From Camelus dromedarius (lineage: Eukaryota), in the NCBI RefSeq assembly GCF_036321535.1, contig NC_087436.1, positions 3,348,001 to 3,412,000 of the forward strand: a stretch of DNA of 64,000 nt. The letters run 5' to 3'. Positions 38,601 through 52,333 of this stretch are shown piece by piece (position 1 is the stretch's first letter; every line of letters starts with the position of its first letter). The notes beneath the pieces were generated by a model that searched no databases, was not told the origin of the DNA, and saw only the letters and a list, made by a program, of their open reading frames with translations. A program made the position numbers and the translations under genes.

Positions 38601-40200
38601 ACACTTATCACTCAGAACTGAGCATGTGGAGTGACGTACGTTCATCTAGCACAAAGGGAACGGTTTGCTTTAGAAACTTTTACTCTGGTTTCTCAGTCTG
38701 TTTCCTAGTGCCGGTTTGAAGTTCCTGCAGTTTTCACAGCAATACCGAGTTGGAGCTTGTACCTCCCCATATATATGTATGGAGTGGGGTTTGTTACTAA
38801 AAATAATCTTTGTTTTCCCAACAAGCTATGTGAAGGACGGCTTTCTCACACACTTATCTCTCAGAACTGAGCATGTGGAGAGACTTTCGTTCATCTAGCA
38901 CAAAGGGAACGGGTTGCAGGAGAAACTTTTACTCTGGTTTCTCAGTCTGTTTCCTAGTGCCGATTTGAAGTTCCTGCAGATTTCACTGTAAAACCGAGTT
39001 GGAGCTTGTAACTCCCCATATATATGTATGGAGTGGGGTTTGCAACTGAAAAAAAACTTTGTGTTTCCAACAAGCTAAGTGAAGGACGGCGTTCACACAC
39101 AATTATCTCTCAGAACTGAGCATGTGGAGAGACGTTCGTTCATCTAGCACAAAGGGTAGGGGTTGCAGGAGAAATTTTACTCTGGTTTCTCAGTCTGTTT
39201 CCTAGTGCCGGTTTGAAGTTCCTGCAGTTTTCACTGTAAAACCGAGTTGGAGTTTGTACCTCATCATACATATGTATGGAGTGGATTTTGCAACTGAAAA
39301 GAAACTTTGTGTTCCCAACAAGATAGGAGAAGGACGGCTTTAACACAAACTTATCTCTCAGATCTGAGCATGTGGAGAGACGTTCGTTCATCTAGCACAA
39401 AGGGAACGGGTTGCTTTAGAAACTTTTACTCTTGTTACTCAGTCTGTTTCCTAGTGCCGGGGTGAAGTTCCTGCAGTTTTCACAGCAATACCGAGTTGGA
39501 GCTTGTACCTCCCAATATATATGTATGGATTGGGTTTGCAACTGAAAAGAATCTTTGTGTTCCCAACAAGCTATTTGAAGGACGCCTTTCACACACACTT
39601 ATCTCTCAGAAATGAGCATGTGGAGAGACGTTCGTTCATCTATCACAAATGGAATGGGATGCATGTGAAACTTTTACTCTGGTTTCTCATTCTGTTTCCT
39701 AGTGCCGGTTTGAAATTCCTGCATTTTTCACTGTAAAACCGAGTTGGAACTAGTACCTCCCCATATATATGTATGGAGTGGAGTTTGAAACTGAAAAGAA
39801 ACTATGTGTTCCCAACAAGCTATATGAAGGACGGCTTTCACACACACTTATCTCTCAGAACTGAGCATGTGGAGAGACGTTCGTTCATCTAGCACAAAGG
39901 GAACGGGTTGCAGGAGAAACTTTTACTCTGGTTTCTCAGTCTGTTTCCTAGTGTCGGTTTGAAGTTCCTACAGTTTTCACTGTAAAACCGAGTTGGAGAT
40001 AGTACGTCCCCATATATATGTATGGAGTGGAGTTTGCAACTGAAAAGAAACTTTGTGTTCCCAACAAGCTAGTTGAAGGACGGCTTTCACACACACATTT
40101 CTCTCAGAACAGAGCATGTGGAGAGACTTTCGTTCATCTAGCACAAAGGGAACGGGTTGCTTTAGAAACTTTTACTCTGGTTTCTCAGTCTGTTTCCTAG
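35690..40200 (+). repeat. Imperfect tandem duplication with a 10-monomer period (2487 bp)
   Basis: ORF pairs 36653/39140, 36929/39416, 37016/39503 and 37531/40018 are all offset by 2487. One internal monomer (~36150-36400 vs ~38640-38890) does not match. Confidence 0.85.
35910..36430 (+). repeat. Adjacent single-monomer duplication
   Basis: CATTTTCTCTGG..ACAGAG..CCATACATATG..GATTCTGC..GGCTTAAAC..TATCACTCAG..GAGTGACG occurs twice, exactly 249 bp apart (35941 and 36190). Confidence 0.9.
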
Positions 40201-43200
40201 TGACGATTTGAAGTTCCTGCAGTTTTCACTGTAAAACCGAGTTGGAGCTAGAACCTCTCCATATATATGTATGGAGTGGAGTTTGAAACTGAAAAGAAAC
40301 TTTGTGTTCCCAACAAGCTAGGTGAAGGACGGCTTTCACACACACTTATCTCTCAGAACTGAGCATGTGGAGAGACGTTCGTTCATCTAGCACAAAGGGA
40401 AAAGTTTGCCGGAGAAAATTTTACTCTGGTTTCTCAATCTTTTTCCTAGTCCCGGTTTGAAGTTCCTGCAGTTATCACTGTAAAACCGAGATGGAGCTAG
40501 TACCTCACCATATATGTATGGAGTGGAGTTTGCAACTGAAAAGAAACTTTGTGTTCCCAACAAGCTAGGTGAAATATGGCTTTCACACACACTTATCTCT
40601 CAGAACTGAGCATGTGGAGAGACGTTCGTTCATCTAGCACAAAGGGAACGGTTTGAAGGGGAAACTTTTACTCTGGTTTCACAGTCTGTTTCCTAGTGCC
40701 GGTTTGAAGTTCCTGCAGTTTTCACTGTAAAACCGAGTTGGAGCTAGTACTTCCCCATATATGTATATGGAGTGGGGTTTGAAACTGAAAAGAAACTTTG
40801 TGTTCCCAACAATCTAGGTGAAGGCGGCTTTCACACACACTTATCACTCAGAACTGAGGATGTGGAGAGACGTTCTTTCATCTAGCACAAAGGGAACGGG
40901 TTGCAGGAGAAACTTTTACTTTGATTTCTCAGACTGTTTCCTAGTGCCGGTTTGAAGTTCCTGCAGTTTTCTCAGTAAAACCGAGTTGGAGCTAGTACCT
41001 CCCCATATAAACGTATGTAGTGGAGTTTGCAACTGAAAAAAAACTTTGTGTTCCCAACAAGCTAGATGAAGGAAGGCTTTCACACACACTTATCTCTCAG
41101 AAATGAGCATCTAGAGGGACGTTCGTCCATCTAGCAAAAATGGAACGGGTTGTAGGAGAAACTTTTACTCTGGTTTCTCAGTCTGTTTCCTAGTGCCGAT
41201 TTGAAGTTCCTGCAGTTTTCACTGTAAAACCGTGTTGGAGCTTGTAATTCCCCATATATATGTATGGAGTGGGGTTTGCAACTGAAAAAAAACTTTGTGT
41301 TTCCAACAAGCTAGGTGAAGGACGGCGTTCACACACAATTATCTCTCAGAACTCAGCATGTGGAGAGACGTTCGTTCATCTAGCACAAATGGAACGGGTT
41401 GCAGGAGAAACATTTTCTGTGGTTTCTCAGTCTGTTTCCTAGTGCCGGTTTGAAGTTCCTGCAGTTTTCACTGTAAAACCGAGTTGGAGCTATTACCTCC
41501 CCATACATATGTATGGAGTGGATTCTGCAACTGAAAAGAAACTTTGTGTTCCCAACAAGCTAGGTGAAGGACGGCTTAAACACACACTTATCTCTCAGAA
41601 CTGAGCATGTGGAGAGACGTTCGTTCATCTAGCACAAAGGGTATGGGTTGCCGGAGAAACTTTTTCTCTGGTTTCTCAATCTGTTTCCTAGTGCCGGTTT
41701 GAAGTTCCTGCAGTTATCACTGTAAAACCGAGTTGGAGCTAGTAAATCCCCATATATATGTATGGAATGGAGTTTGCAACTGAAAAGAAACTTTGTGTTC
41801 CCTACAAGATTGGTGAAGAACGGCTTTCACACACACTTATCTCTCAGATCCAAGCATGTGGATAGACGTTCGTTCATCTAGCACAAAGGGAATGGGTTGC
41901 AGGAGAAACTTTTACTCTGGTTTCTCAGTCTGTTTCCTAGTGACGATTTGAAGTTCCTACAGTTTTCACTGTAAAACCGAGTTGGAGATAGTACGTCCCC
42001 ATATATAAGTATGGAGTGGAGTTTGCAACTGAAAAGAAACTTTGTGTTCCCAACAAGCTAGTTGAAGGACGGCTTTCACACACACATTTCTCTCAGAACA
42101 GAGCATGTGGAGAGACGTTCGTTCATCTAGCACAAAGGGAACGGGTTGCTTTAGAAACTTTTACTCTGGTTTCTCAGTCTGTTTCCTAGTGCCGGTTTGA
42201 AGTTCCTGCAGTTTTCACAGCAATACCGATTTGGAGCTTGTACCTCCCCATATATATGTATGGAGTGGGGTTTGCAACTGAATAGAATCTTTGTTTTCCC
42301 AACAAGCTATGTGAAGGACGGCTTTCTCACACACTTATCTCTCAGAACTGAGCATGTGGAGAGACTTTCGTTCATCTAGCACAAAGGGAACGGGTTGCAG
42401 GAGAAACTTTTACTCTGGTTTCTCAGTCTGTTTCCTAGTGCCGGTTTGAAGTTCCTGCAGTTTTCACTGTAAAATGGAGTTGGAGCTAGTTCCTCCCCAT
42501 ATATATGTATGGAGTGGAGTTTGCAACTGAAAAGAAACTTTGTGTTCCCAATAAGCTAGGTGAAGGACGGCTTTCACACACACTTATCTCTCAGAACTGA
42601 GCATGTGGAGAGACGTACGATCATCTAGCACAAAGGGTATGGGTTGCCGGAGAAACTTTTTCTCTGGTTTCTCAATCTGTTTCCTAGTGCCGGTTTGAAG
42701 TTCCTGCAGTTATCACTGTAAAACCGAGTTGGAGCTAGTAAATCCCCATATATATGTATGGAATGGAGTTTGCAACTGAAAAGAAACTTTGTGTTCCCAA
42801 CAAGATTGGTGAAGAACGGCTTTCACACACACTTATCTCTCAGATCCAAGCATGTGGAGAGACGTTCGTTCATCTAGCACAAAGGGAATGGGTTGCAGGA
42901 GAAACTTTTACTCTGGTTTCTCAGTCTGTTTCCTAGTGACGATTTGAAGTTCCTGCAGTTTTCACTGTAAAACCGAGTTGGAGCTAGAACCTCCCCATAT
43001 ATATGTATGGATTGGAGCTTGAAACTGAAAAGAAACTTTGTGTTCCCAACAAGCTAGGTGAAGGACGGCTTTCACACACACTTATCTCTCAGAACTGAGC
43101 ATGTGGAGAGACGTTCGTTCATCTAGCACAAAGGGAATGGGTTGCATGAGAAACTTTTACTCTGGTTTCTCAGTCTGTTTCCTAGTGACGATTTGAAGTT

Positions 43201-44834
43201 CCTGCAGTTTTCACTGTAAAACCGAGTTGGAGCTAGAACCTCCCCATATATATGTATGGAGTGGAGCTTGAAACTGAAAAGAAACTTTGTGTTCCCATCA
43301 AGCTAGGTGAAGGACGGCTTTCACACACACTTATCTCTCAGAACTGAGCATGTGGAGAGACGTTCGTTCATCTAGCACAAAGGGAATGGGTTGCATGAGA
43401 AACTTTTACTCTGGTTTCTCAGTCTGTTTCCTAGTGACGATTTGAAGTTCCTGCAGTTTTCACTGTAAAACCGAGTTGGAGCTAGAACCTCTCCATATAT
43501 ATGTATGGAGTGGAGTTTGAAACTGAAAAGAAACTTTGTGTTCCCAACAAGCTAGGTGAAGGACGGCTTTCACACACACTTATCTCTCAGAACTGAGCAT
43601 GTGGAGAGACGTTCGTTCATCTAGCACAAAGGGAAAAGTTTGCCGGAGAAAATTTTACTCTGGTTTCTCAATCTTTTTCCTAGTCCCGGTTTGAAGTTCC
43701 TGCAGTTATCACTGTAAAACCGAGATGGAGCTAGTACCTCACCATATATGTATGGAGTGGAGTTTGCAACTGAAAAGAAACTTTGTGTTCCCAACAAGCT
43801 AGGTGAAATATGGCTTTCACACACACTTATCTCTCAGAACTGAGCATGTGGAGAGACGTTCGTTCATCTAGCACAAAGGGAACGGTTTGAAGGGGAAACT
43901 TTTACTCTGGTTTCACAGTCTGTTTCCTAGTGCCGGTTTGAAGTTCCTGCAGTTTTCACTGTAAAACCGAGTTGGAGCTAGTACTTCCCCATATATGTAT
44001 ATGGAGTGGGGTTTGTAACTGAAAAGAAACTTTGTGTTCCCAACAATCTAGGTGAAGGCGGCTTTCACACACACTTATCACTCAGAACTGAGGATGTGGA
44101 GAGACGTTCTTTCATCTAGCACAAAGGGAACGGGTTGCAGGAGAAACTTTTACTTTGATTTCTCAGACTGTTTCCTAGTGCCGGTTTGAAGTTCCTGCAG
44201 TTTTCTCAGTAAAACCGAGTTGGAGCTAGTACCTCCCCATATAAACGTATGTAGTGGAGTTTGCAACTGAAAAAAAACTTTGTGTTCCCAACAAGCTAGA
44301 TGAAGGACGGCTTTCACACACACTTATCTCTCAGAACTGAGCATGTGGAGTGACGTTCGTTCATCTAGCACAAAGGAAACGGTTTGCTTTAGAAACTTTT
44401 ACTCTGCTTTCTCAGTCTGTTTCCTAGTGCCGGTTTGAAGTTCCTGCAGTTTTCACAGCAATACCGAGTTGGAGCTTGTACCTCCCCATATATATGTATG
44501 GAGTGGGGTTTGCTACTGAAAAGAATCTTTGTTTTCCCAACAAGCTATGTGAAGGACGGCTTTCTCACACACTTATCTCTCAAAACTGAGCATGTGGAGA
44601 GACTTTCGTTCATCTAGCACAAAGGGAACGGGTTGCAGGAGAAACTTTTACTCTGGTTTCTCAGTCTGTTTCCTAGTGCCGGTTTGAAGTTCCTGCAGTT
44701 TTCACTGTAAAACCGAGTTGGAGTTTGTACCTCACCATACATATGTATGGAGTGGATTTTGCAACTGAAAAGAAACTTTGTGTTCCCAACAAGATAGGAG
44801 AAGGACGGCTTTAACACAAACTTATCTCTCAGAT

Positions 44835-47800
44835 CTGAGCATGTGGAGAGACGTTCGTTCATCTAGCACAAAGAGTATGGGTTGCCGGAGAAACTTTTTC
44901 TCTGTTTTCTCAATCTGTTTCCTAGTGCCGGTTTGAAGTTCCTGCAGTTATCACTGTAAAACCGAGATGGAGCTAGTACCTCCCCATATATATGTATGGA
45001 GTGGAGTTTGCAACTGAAAAGAAACTTTGTGTTCCCAACAACCTAGGTGAAAGATGGCTTTCACACACATTTATCTCTCAGAAATGAGCATGTGGAGAGA
45101 CGTTCGTTCATCTAGCACAAATGGAACGGTTTGCAGGGGAAACTTTTACTCTGGTTTCTCAGTCTGTTTCCTACTGCCGGTTTGTTGTTCCTGCAGTTTT
45201 CACTGTAAAACCGAGTTGGAGCTAGTAAATCCCCATATATATGTATGGAATGGAGTTTGCAACTGAAAAGAAACTTTGTGTTCCCAACAAGATTGGTGAA
45301 GAACGGCTTTAACACACACTTATCTCTCAGAACTGAGCATAGGGAGAGACGTTCGTTCATCTAGCACAAAGAGTATGGGTTGCCGGAGAAACTTTTTCTC
45401 TGTTTTCTCAATCTGTTTCCTAGTGCCGGTTTGAAGTTCCTGCAGTTATCACTGTAAAACCGAGATGGAGCTAGTACCTCCCCATATATATGTATGGAGT
45501 GGAGTTTGCAACTGAAAAGAAACTTTGTGTTCCCAACAACCTAGGTGAAAGATGGCTTTCACACACATTTATCTCTCAGAAATGAGCATGTGGAGAGACG
45601 TTCGTTCATCTAGCACAAATGGAACGGTTTGCAGGGGAAACTTTTACTCTGGTTTCTCAGTCTGTTTCCTACTGCCGGTTTGTTGTTCCTGCAGTTTTCA
45701 CTGTAAAACCGAGTTGGAGCTAGTAAATCCCCATATATATGTATGGAATGGAGTTTGCAACTGAAAAGAAACTTTGTGTTCCCAACAAGATTGGTGAAGG
45801 ACGGCTTTCACACACACTTATCTCTCAGAACCGAGCATGTGGAGAGACGTTCGTTCATCAAGCACAAAGGGAATGGGTTGCAGGAGAAACTTTTACTCTG
45901 GTTTCTCAGTCTGTTTCCTAGTGCCGGTTTGAAGTTCCTGCAGTTTTCACTGTAAAACCGAGTTGGAGCTAGAACCTCTCCATATATATGTATGGAGTGG
46001 AGTTTGAAACTGAAAAGAAACTTTGTGTTCCCAACAAGCTAGGTGAAGGACGGCTTTCACACACACTTATCTCTCAGAACTGAGCATGTGGAGAGACGTT
46101 CGTTCATCTAGCACAAAGGGAAAAGTTTGCCGGAGAAAATTTTACTCTGGTTTCTCAATCTTTTTCCTAGTGCCGGTTTGAAGTTCCTGCAGTTATCACT
46201 GTAAAACCGAGATGGAGCTAGTACCTCACCATATATGTATGGAGTGGAGTTTGCAACTGAAAAGAAACTTTGTGTTCCCAACAAGCTAGGTGAAATATGG
46301 CTTTCACACACACTTATCTCTCAGAACTGAGCATGTGGAGAGACGTTCGTTCATCTAGCACAAAGGGAACGGTTTGAAGGGGAAACTTTTACTCTGGTTT
46401 CACAGTCTGTTTCCTAGTGCCGGTTTGAAGTTCCTGCAGTTTTCACTGTAAAACCGAGTTGGAGCTAGTACTTCCCCATATATATATATGGAGTGGTGTT
46501 TGAAACTGAAAAGAAACTTTGTGTTCCCAACAATCTAGGTGAAGGCGGCTTTCACACACACTTATCACTCAGAACTGAGGATGTGGAGAGACGTTCTTTC
46601 ATCTAGCACAAAGGGAACCGGTTGCAGGAGAAACATTTACTTTGATTTCTCAGACTGTTTCCTAGTGCCGGTTTGAAGTTCCTGCAGTTTTCTCAGTAAA
46701 ACCGAGTTGGAGCTAGTACCTCCCCATATAAACGTATGTAATGGAGTTTGCAACTGAAAAAAAACTTTGTGTTCCCAACAAGCTAGATGAAGGACGGCTT
46801 TCACACACACTTATCTCTCAGAAATGAGCATCTAGAGGGACGTTCTTTCATCTAGCACAAAGGGAACGGGTTGCAGGAGAAACTTTTACTCTGGTTTCTC
46901 AGTCTGTTTCCTAGTGCCGGTTTGAAGTTCCTACAGTTTTCACTGTAAAACCGAGTTGGAGCTAGTACGTCCCCATATATATGTATGGAGTGGGGTTTGC
47001 AACTGAAAAGAATCTTTGTTTTCCCAACAAGCTATGTGAAGGACGGCTTTCTCACACACTTATCTCTCAGAACTGAGCATGTGGAGAGACTTTCGTTCAT
47101 CTAGCACAAAGGGAAGGGATTGCAGGAGAAACTTTTACTCTGGTTTCTCAGTCTGTTTCCTAGTGCCGGTTTGAAGTTCCTGCAGTTTTCACAGTAAAAT
47201 CGAGTTGGAGCTAGTTCCTCCCCATATATATGTATGGAGTGGAGTTTGCAACTGAAAAGAAACTTTGTGTTCACAATAAGCTAGGTGAAGGAAGGCTTTC
47301 ACACACACTTATCTCTCAGAACTGAGCATGTGGAGAGACGTTCGTTCATCTAGCACAAAGGGTATGGTTTGCCGGAGAAACTTTTTCTCTGGTTTCTCAA
47401 TCTGTTTCCTAGTGCCGGTTTGAAGTTCCTGCAGTTATCACTGTAAAACCGAGATGGAGCTAGTACCTCCCCATATATATGTATGGAGTGGAGTTTGCAA
47501 CTGAAAAGAAACTTTGTGTTCCCAACAACCTAGGTGAAAGATGGCTTTCACACACATTTATCTCTCAGAAATGAGCATGTGGAGAGACGTTCGTTCATCT
47601 AGCACAAAGGGAACGGGTTGCAGGGGAAACTTTTTCTCTGGTTTCACAGTCTGTTTCCTAGTGCCGGTTTGAAGTTCCTGCAGTTTTCACTGTAAATCCG
47701 AGTTGGGGCTAGTACATCCCCATATAAATGTATGGAGTGGTGATTGAAACTGAAAAGAAGCTTTGTGTTCACAACAATCTAGGTGAAGGACGGCTTTCAC

Positions 47801-50800
47801 ACACACTTATCTCTCAGAACTGAGCATGTAGAGAGACGTTCGTTCATCTAGCACAAAGGGAACGGATGCAGGAGAAACATTTACTCTGGTTTCTCAATCT
47901 GTTTCCTAGTGCCCGTTTGAAGTTCCTGCAGTTTTCACTGTAAAACCGAGTTGGAGCTAGTACCTCCCCATATATATGTATGGAGAGGAGTTTGCAACTG
48001 AAAAGAAACTTTTTGTTCCCAACAACTAGGTGAAAGACGGCTTTCATACTCACTTATATCTCAGAACGGAGCATGTGTAGAGACGTTCGTACATCTAGCA
48101 CAAATGGAACGGTTTGCAGGGGAAACTTTTACTCTGGTTTCTCAGTCTGTTTCCTACTGCCGGTTTGTTGTTCCTGCAGTTTTCACTGTAAAACCGAGTT
48201 GGAGCTAGTAAATCCCCATATATATGTATGGAATGGAGTTTGCAACTGAAAAGAAACTTTGTGTTCCCAACAAGATTGGTGAAGAACGGCTTTCACACAC
48301 ACTTATCTCTCAGATACGAGCATGTGGAGAGACGTTCGTTCATCTAGCACAAAGGGAATGGGTTGCAGGAGAAACTTTTACTCTGGTTTCTCAGTCTGTT
48401 TCCTAGTGACGATTTGAAGTTCCTGCAGTTTTCACTGTAAAACCGAGTTGGAGCTAGAACCTCCCCATATATATGTATGGAGTGGAGTTTGAAACTGAAA
48501 AGAAACTTTGTGTTCCCAACAAGCTAGGTGAAGGACGGCTTTCACACACACTTATCTCTCAGAACTGAGCATGTGGAGAGACGTTCGTTCATCTAGCACA
48601 AAGAGTATGGGTTGCCGGAGAAACTTTTTCTCTGTTTTCTCAATCTGTTTCCTAGTGCCGGTTTGAAGTTCCTGCAGTTATCACTGTAAAACCGAGATGG
48701 AGCTAGTACCTCCCCATATATATGTATGGAGTGGAGTTTGCAACTGAAAAGAAACTTTGTGTTCCCAACAACCTAGGTGAAAGATGGCTTTCACACACAT
48801 TTATCTCTCAGAAATGAGCATGTGGAGAGACGTTCGTTCATCTAGCACAAATGGAACGGTTTGCAGGGGAAACTTTTACTCTGGTTTCTCAGTCTGTTTC
48901 CTACTGCCGGTTTGTTGTTCCTGCAGTTTTCACTGTAAAACCGAGTTGGAGCTAGTAAATCCCCATATATATGTATGGAATGGAGTTTGCAACTGAAAAG
49001 AAACTTTGTGTTCCCAACAAGATTGGTGAAGAACGGCTTTCACACACACTTATCTCTCAGAACTGAGCATGTGGAGAGACGTTCGTTCATCTAGCACAAA
49101 GAGTATGGGTTGCCGGAGAAACTTTTTCTCTGTTTTCTCAATCTGTTTCCTAGTGCCGGTTTGAAGTTCCTGCAGTTATCACTGTAAAACCGAGATGGAG
49201 CTAGTACCTCCCCATATATATGTATGGAGTGGAGTTTGCAACTGAAAAGAAACTTTGTGTTCCCAACAACCTAGGTGAAAGATGGCTTTCACACACATTT
49301 ATCTCTCAGAAATGAGCATGTGGAGAGACGTTCGTTCATCTAGCACAAATGGAACGGTTTGCAGGGGAAACTTTTACTCTGGTTTCTCAGTCTGTTTCCT
49401 ACTGCCGGTTTGTTGTTCCTGCAGTTTTCACTGTAAAACCGAGTTGGAGCTAGTAAATCCCCATATATATGTATGGAATGGAGTTTGCAACTGAAAAGAA
49501 ACTTTGTGTTCCCAACAAGATTGGTGAAGGACGGCTTTCACACACACTTATCTCTCAGAACCGAGCATGTGGAGAGACGTTCGTTCATCAAGCACAAAGG
49601 GAATGGGTTGCAGGAGAAACTTTTACTCTGGTTTCTCAGTCTGTTTCCTAGTGCCGGTTTGAAGTTCCTGCAGTTTTCACTGTAAAACCGAGTTGGAGCT
49701 AGAACCTCTCCATATATATGTATGGAGTGGAGTTTGAAACTGAAAAGAAACTTTGTGTTCCCAACAAGCTAGGTGAAGGACGGCTTTCACACACACTTAT
49801 CTCTCAGAACTGAGCATGTGGAGAGACGTTCGTTCATCTAGCACAAAGGGAAAAGTTTGCCGGAGAAAATTTTACTCTGGTTTCTCAATCTTTTTCCTAG
49901 TGCCGGTTTGAAGTTCCTGCAGTTATCACTGTAAAACCGAGATGGAGCTAGTACCTCACCATATATGTATGGAGTGGAGTTTGCAACTGAAAAGAAACTT
50001 TGTGTTCCCAACAAGCTAGGTGAAATATGGCTTTCACACACACTTATCTCTCAGAACTGAGCATGTGGAGAGACGTTCGTTCATCTAGCACAAAGGGAAC
50101 GGTTTGAAGGGGAAACTTTTACTCTGGTTTCACAGTCTGTTTCCTAGTGCCGGTTTGAAGTTCCTGCAGTTTTCACTGTAAAACCGAGTTGGAGCTAGTA
50201 CTTCCCCATATATATATATGGAGTGGTGTTTGAAACTGAAAAGAAACTTTGTGTTCCCAACAATCTAGGTGAAGGCGGCTTTCACACACACTTATCACTC
50301 AGAACTGAGGATGTGGAGAGACGTTCTTTCATCTAGCACAAAGGGAACCGGTTGCAGGAGAAACATTTACTTTGATTTCTCAGACTGTTTCCTAGTGCCG
50401 GTTTGAAGTTCCTGCAGTTTTCTCAGTAAAACCGAGTTGGAGCTAGTACCTCCCCATATAAACGTATGTAATGGAGTTTGCAACTGAAAAAAAACTTTGT
50501 GTTCCCAACAAGCTAGATGAAGGACGGCTTTCACACACACTTATCTCTCAGAAATGAGCATCTAGAGGGACGTTCTTTCATCTAGCACAAAGGGAACGGG
50601 TTGCAGGAGAAACTTTTACTCTGGTTTCTCAGTCTGTTTCCTAGTGCCGGTTTGAAGTTCCTACAGTTTTCACTGTAAAACCGAGTTGGATCTAGTACGT
50701 CCCCATATATATGTATGGAGTGGGGTTTGCAACTGAAAAGAATCTTTGTTTTCCCAACAAGCTATGTGAAGGACGGCTTTCTCACACACTTATCTCTCAG

Positions 50801-52333
50801 AACTGAGCATGTGGAGAGACTTTCGTTCATCTAGCACAAAGGGAAGGGATTGCAGGAGAAACTTTTACTCTGGTTTCTCAGTCTGTTTCCTAGTGCCGGT
50901 TTGAAGTTCCTGCAGTTTTCACAGTAAAATCGAGTTGGAGCTAGTTCCTCCCCATATATATGTATGGAGTGGAGTTTGCAACTGAAAAGAAACTTTGTGT
51001 TCACAATAAGCTAGGTGAAGGACGGCTTTCACACACACTTATCTCTCAGAACTGAGCATGTGGAGAGACGTTCGTTCATCTAGCACAAAGGGTATGGTTT
51101 GCCGGAGAAACTTTTTCTCTGGTTTCTCAATCTGTTTCCTAGTGCCGGTTTGAAGTTCCTGCAGTTATCACTGTAAAACCGAGATGGAGCTAGTACCTCC
51201 CCATATATATGTATGGAGTGGAGTTTGCAACTGAAAAGAAACTTTGTGTTCCCAACAACCTAGGTGAAAGATGGCTTTCACACACATTTATCTCTCAGAA
51301 ATGAGCATGTGGAGAGACGTTCGTTCATCTAGCACAAAGGGAACGGGTTGCAGGGGAAACTTTTTCTCTGGTTTCACAGTCTGTTTCCTAGTGCCGGTTT
51401 GAAGTTCCTGCAGTTTTCACTGTAAATCCGAGTTGGGGCTAGTACATCCCCATATAAATGTATGGAGTGGTGATTGAAACTGAAAAGAAGCTTTGTGTTC
51501 ACAACAATCTAGGTGAAGGACGGCTTTCACACACACTTATCTCTCAGAACTGAGCATGTAGAGAGACGTTCGTTCATCTAGCACAAAGGGAACGGATGCA
51601 GGAGAAACATTTACTCTGGTTTCTCAATCTGTTTCCTAGTGCCCGTTTGAAGTTCCTGCAGTTTTCACTGTAAAACCGAGTTGGAGCTAGTACCTCCCCA
51701 TATATATGTATGGAGTGGAGTTTGCAACTGAAAAGAAACTTTTTGTTCCCAACAACTAGGTGAAAGACGGCTTTCATACTCACTTATATCTCAGAACGGA
51801 GCATGTGTAGAGACGTTCGTACATCTAGCACAAATGGAACGGTTTGCAGGGGAAACTTTTACTCTGGTTTCTCAGTCTGTTTCCTACTGCCGGTTTGTTG
51901 TTCCTGCAGTTTTCACTGTAAAACCGAGTTGGAGCTAGTAAATCCCCATATATATGTATGGAATGGAGTTTGCAACTGAAAAGAAACTTTGTGTTCCCAA
52001 CAAGATTGGTGAAGAACGGCTTTCACACACACTTATCTCTCAGATCCGAGCATGTGGAGAGACGTTCGTTCATCTAGCACAAAGGGAATGGGTTGCAGGA
52101 GAAACTTTTACTCTGGTTTCTCAGTCTGTTTCCTAGTGACGATTTGAAGTTCCTGCAGTTTTCACTGTAAAACCGAGTTGGAGCTAGAACCTCCCCATAT
52201 ATATGTATGGAGTGGAGTTTGAAACTGAAAAGAAACTTTGTGTTCCCAACAAGCTAGGTGAAGGACGGCTTTCACACACACTTATCTCTCAGAATTGAGC
52301 ATGTGGAGAGACGTTCGTTCATCTAGCACAAAG
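44835..52333 (+). repeat. Near-perfect tandem duplication of a 15-monomer unit (3730 bp x2), each copy containing an internal 2-monomer duplication
   Basis: ORF pairs 45054/48784, 45552/49282, 45739/49469, 46108/49838, 47844/51574 and 48224/51954 are all offset by 3730. The internal offset of 498 appears at 45054/45552 and 48784/49282. Confidence 0.95.
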
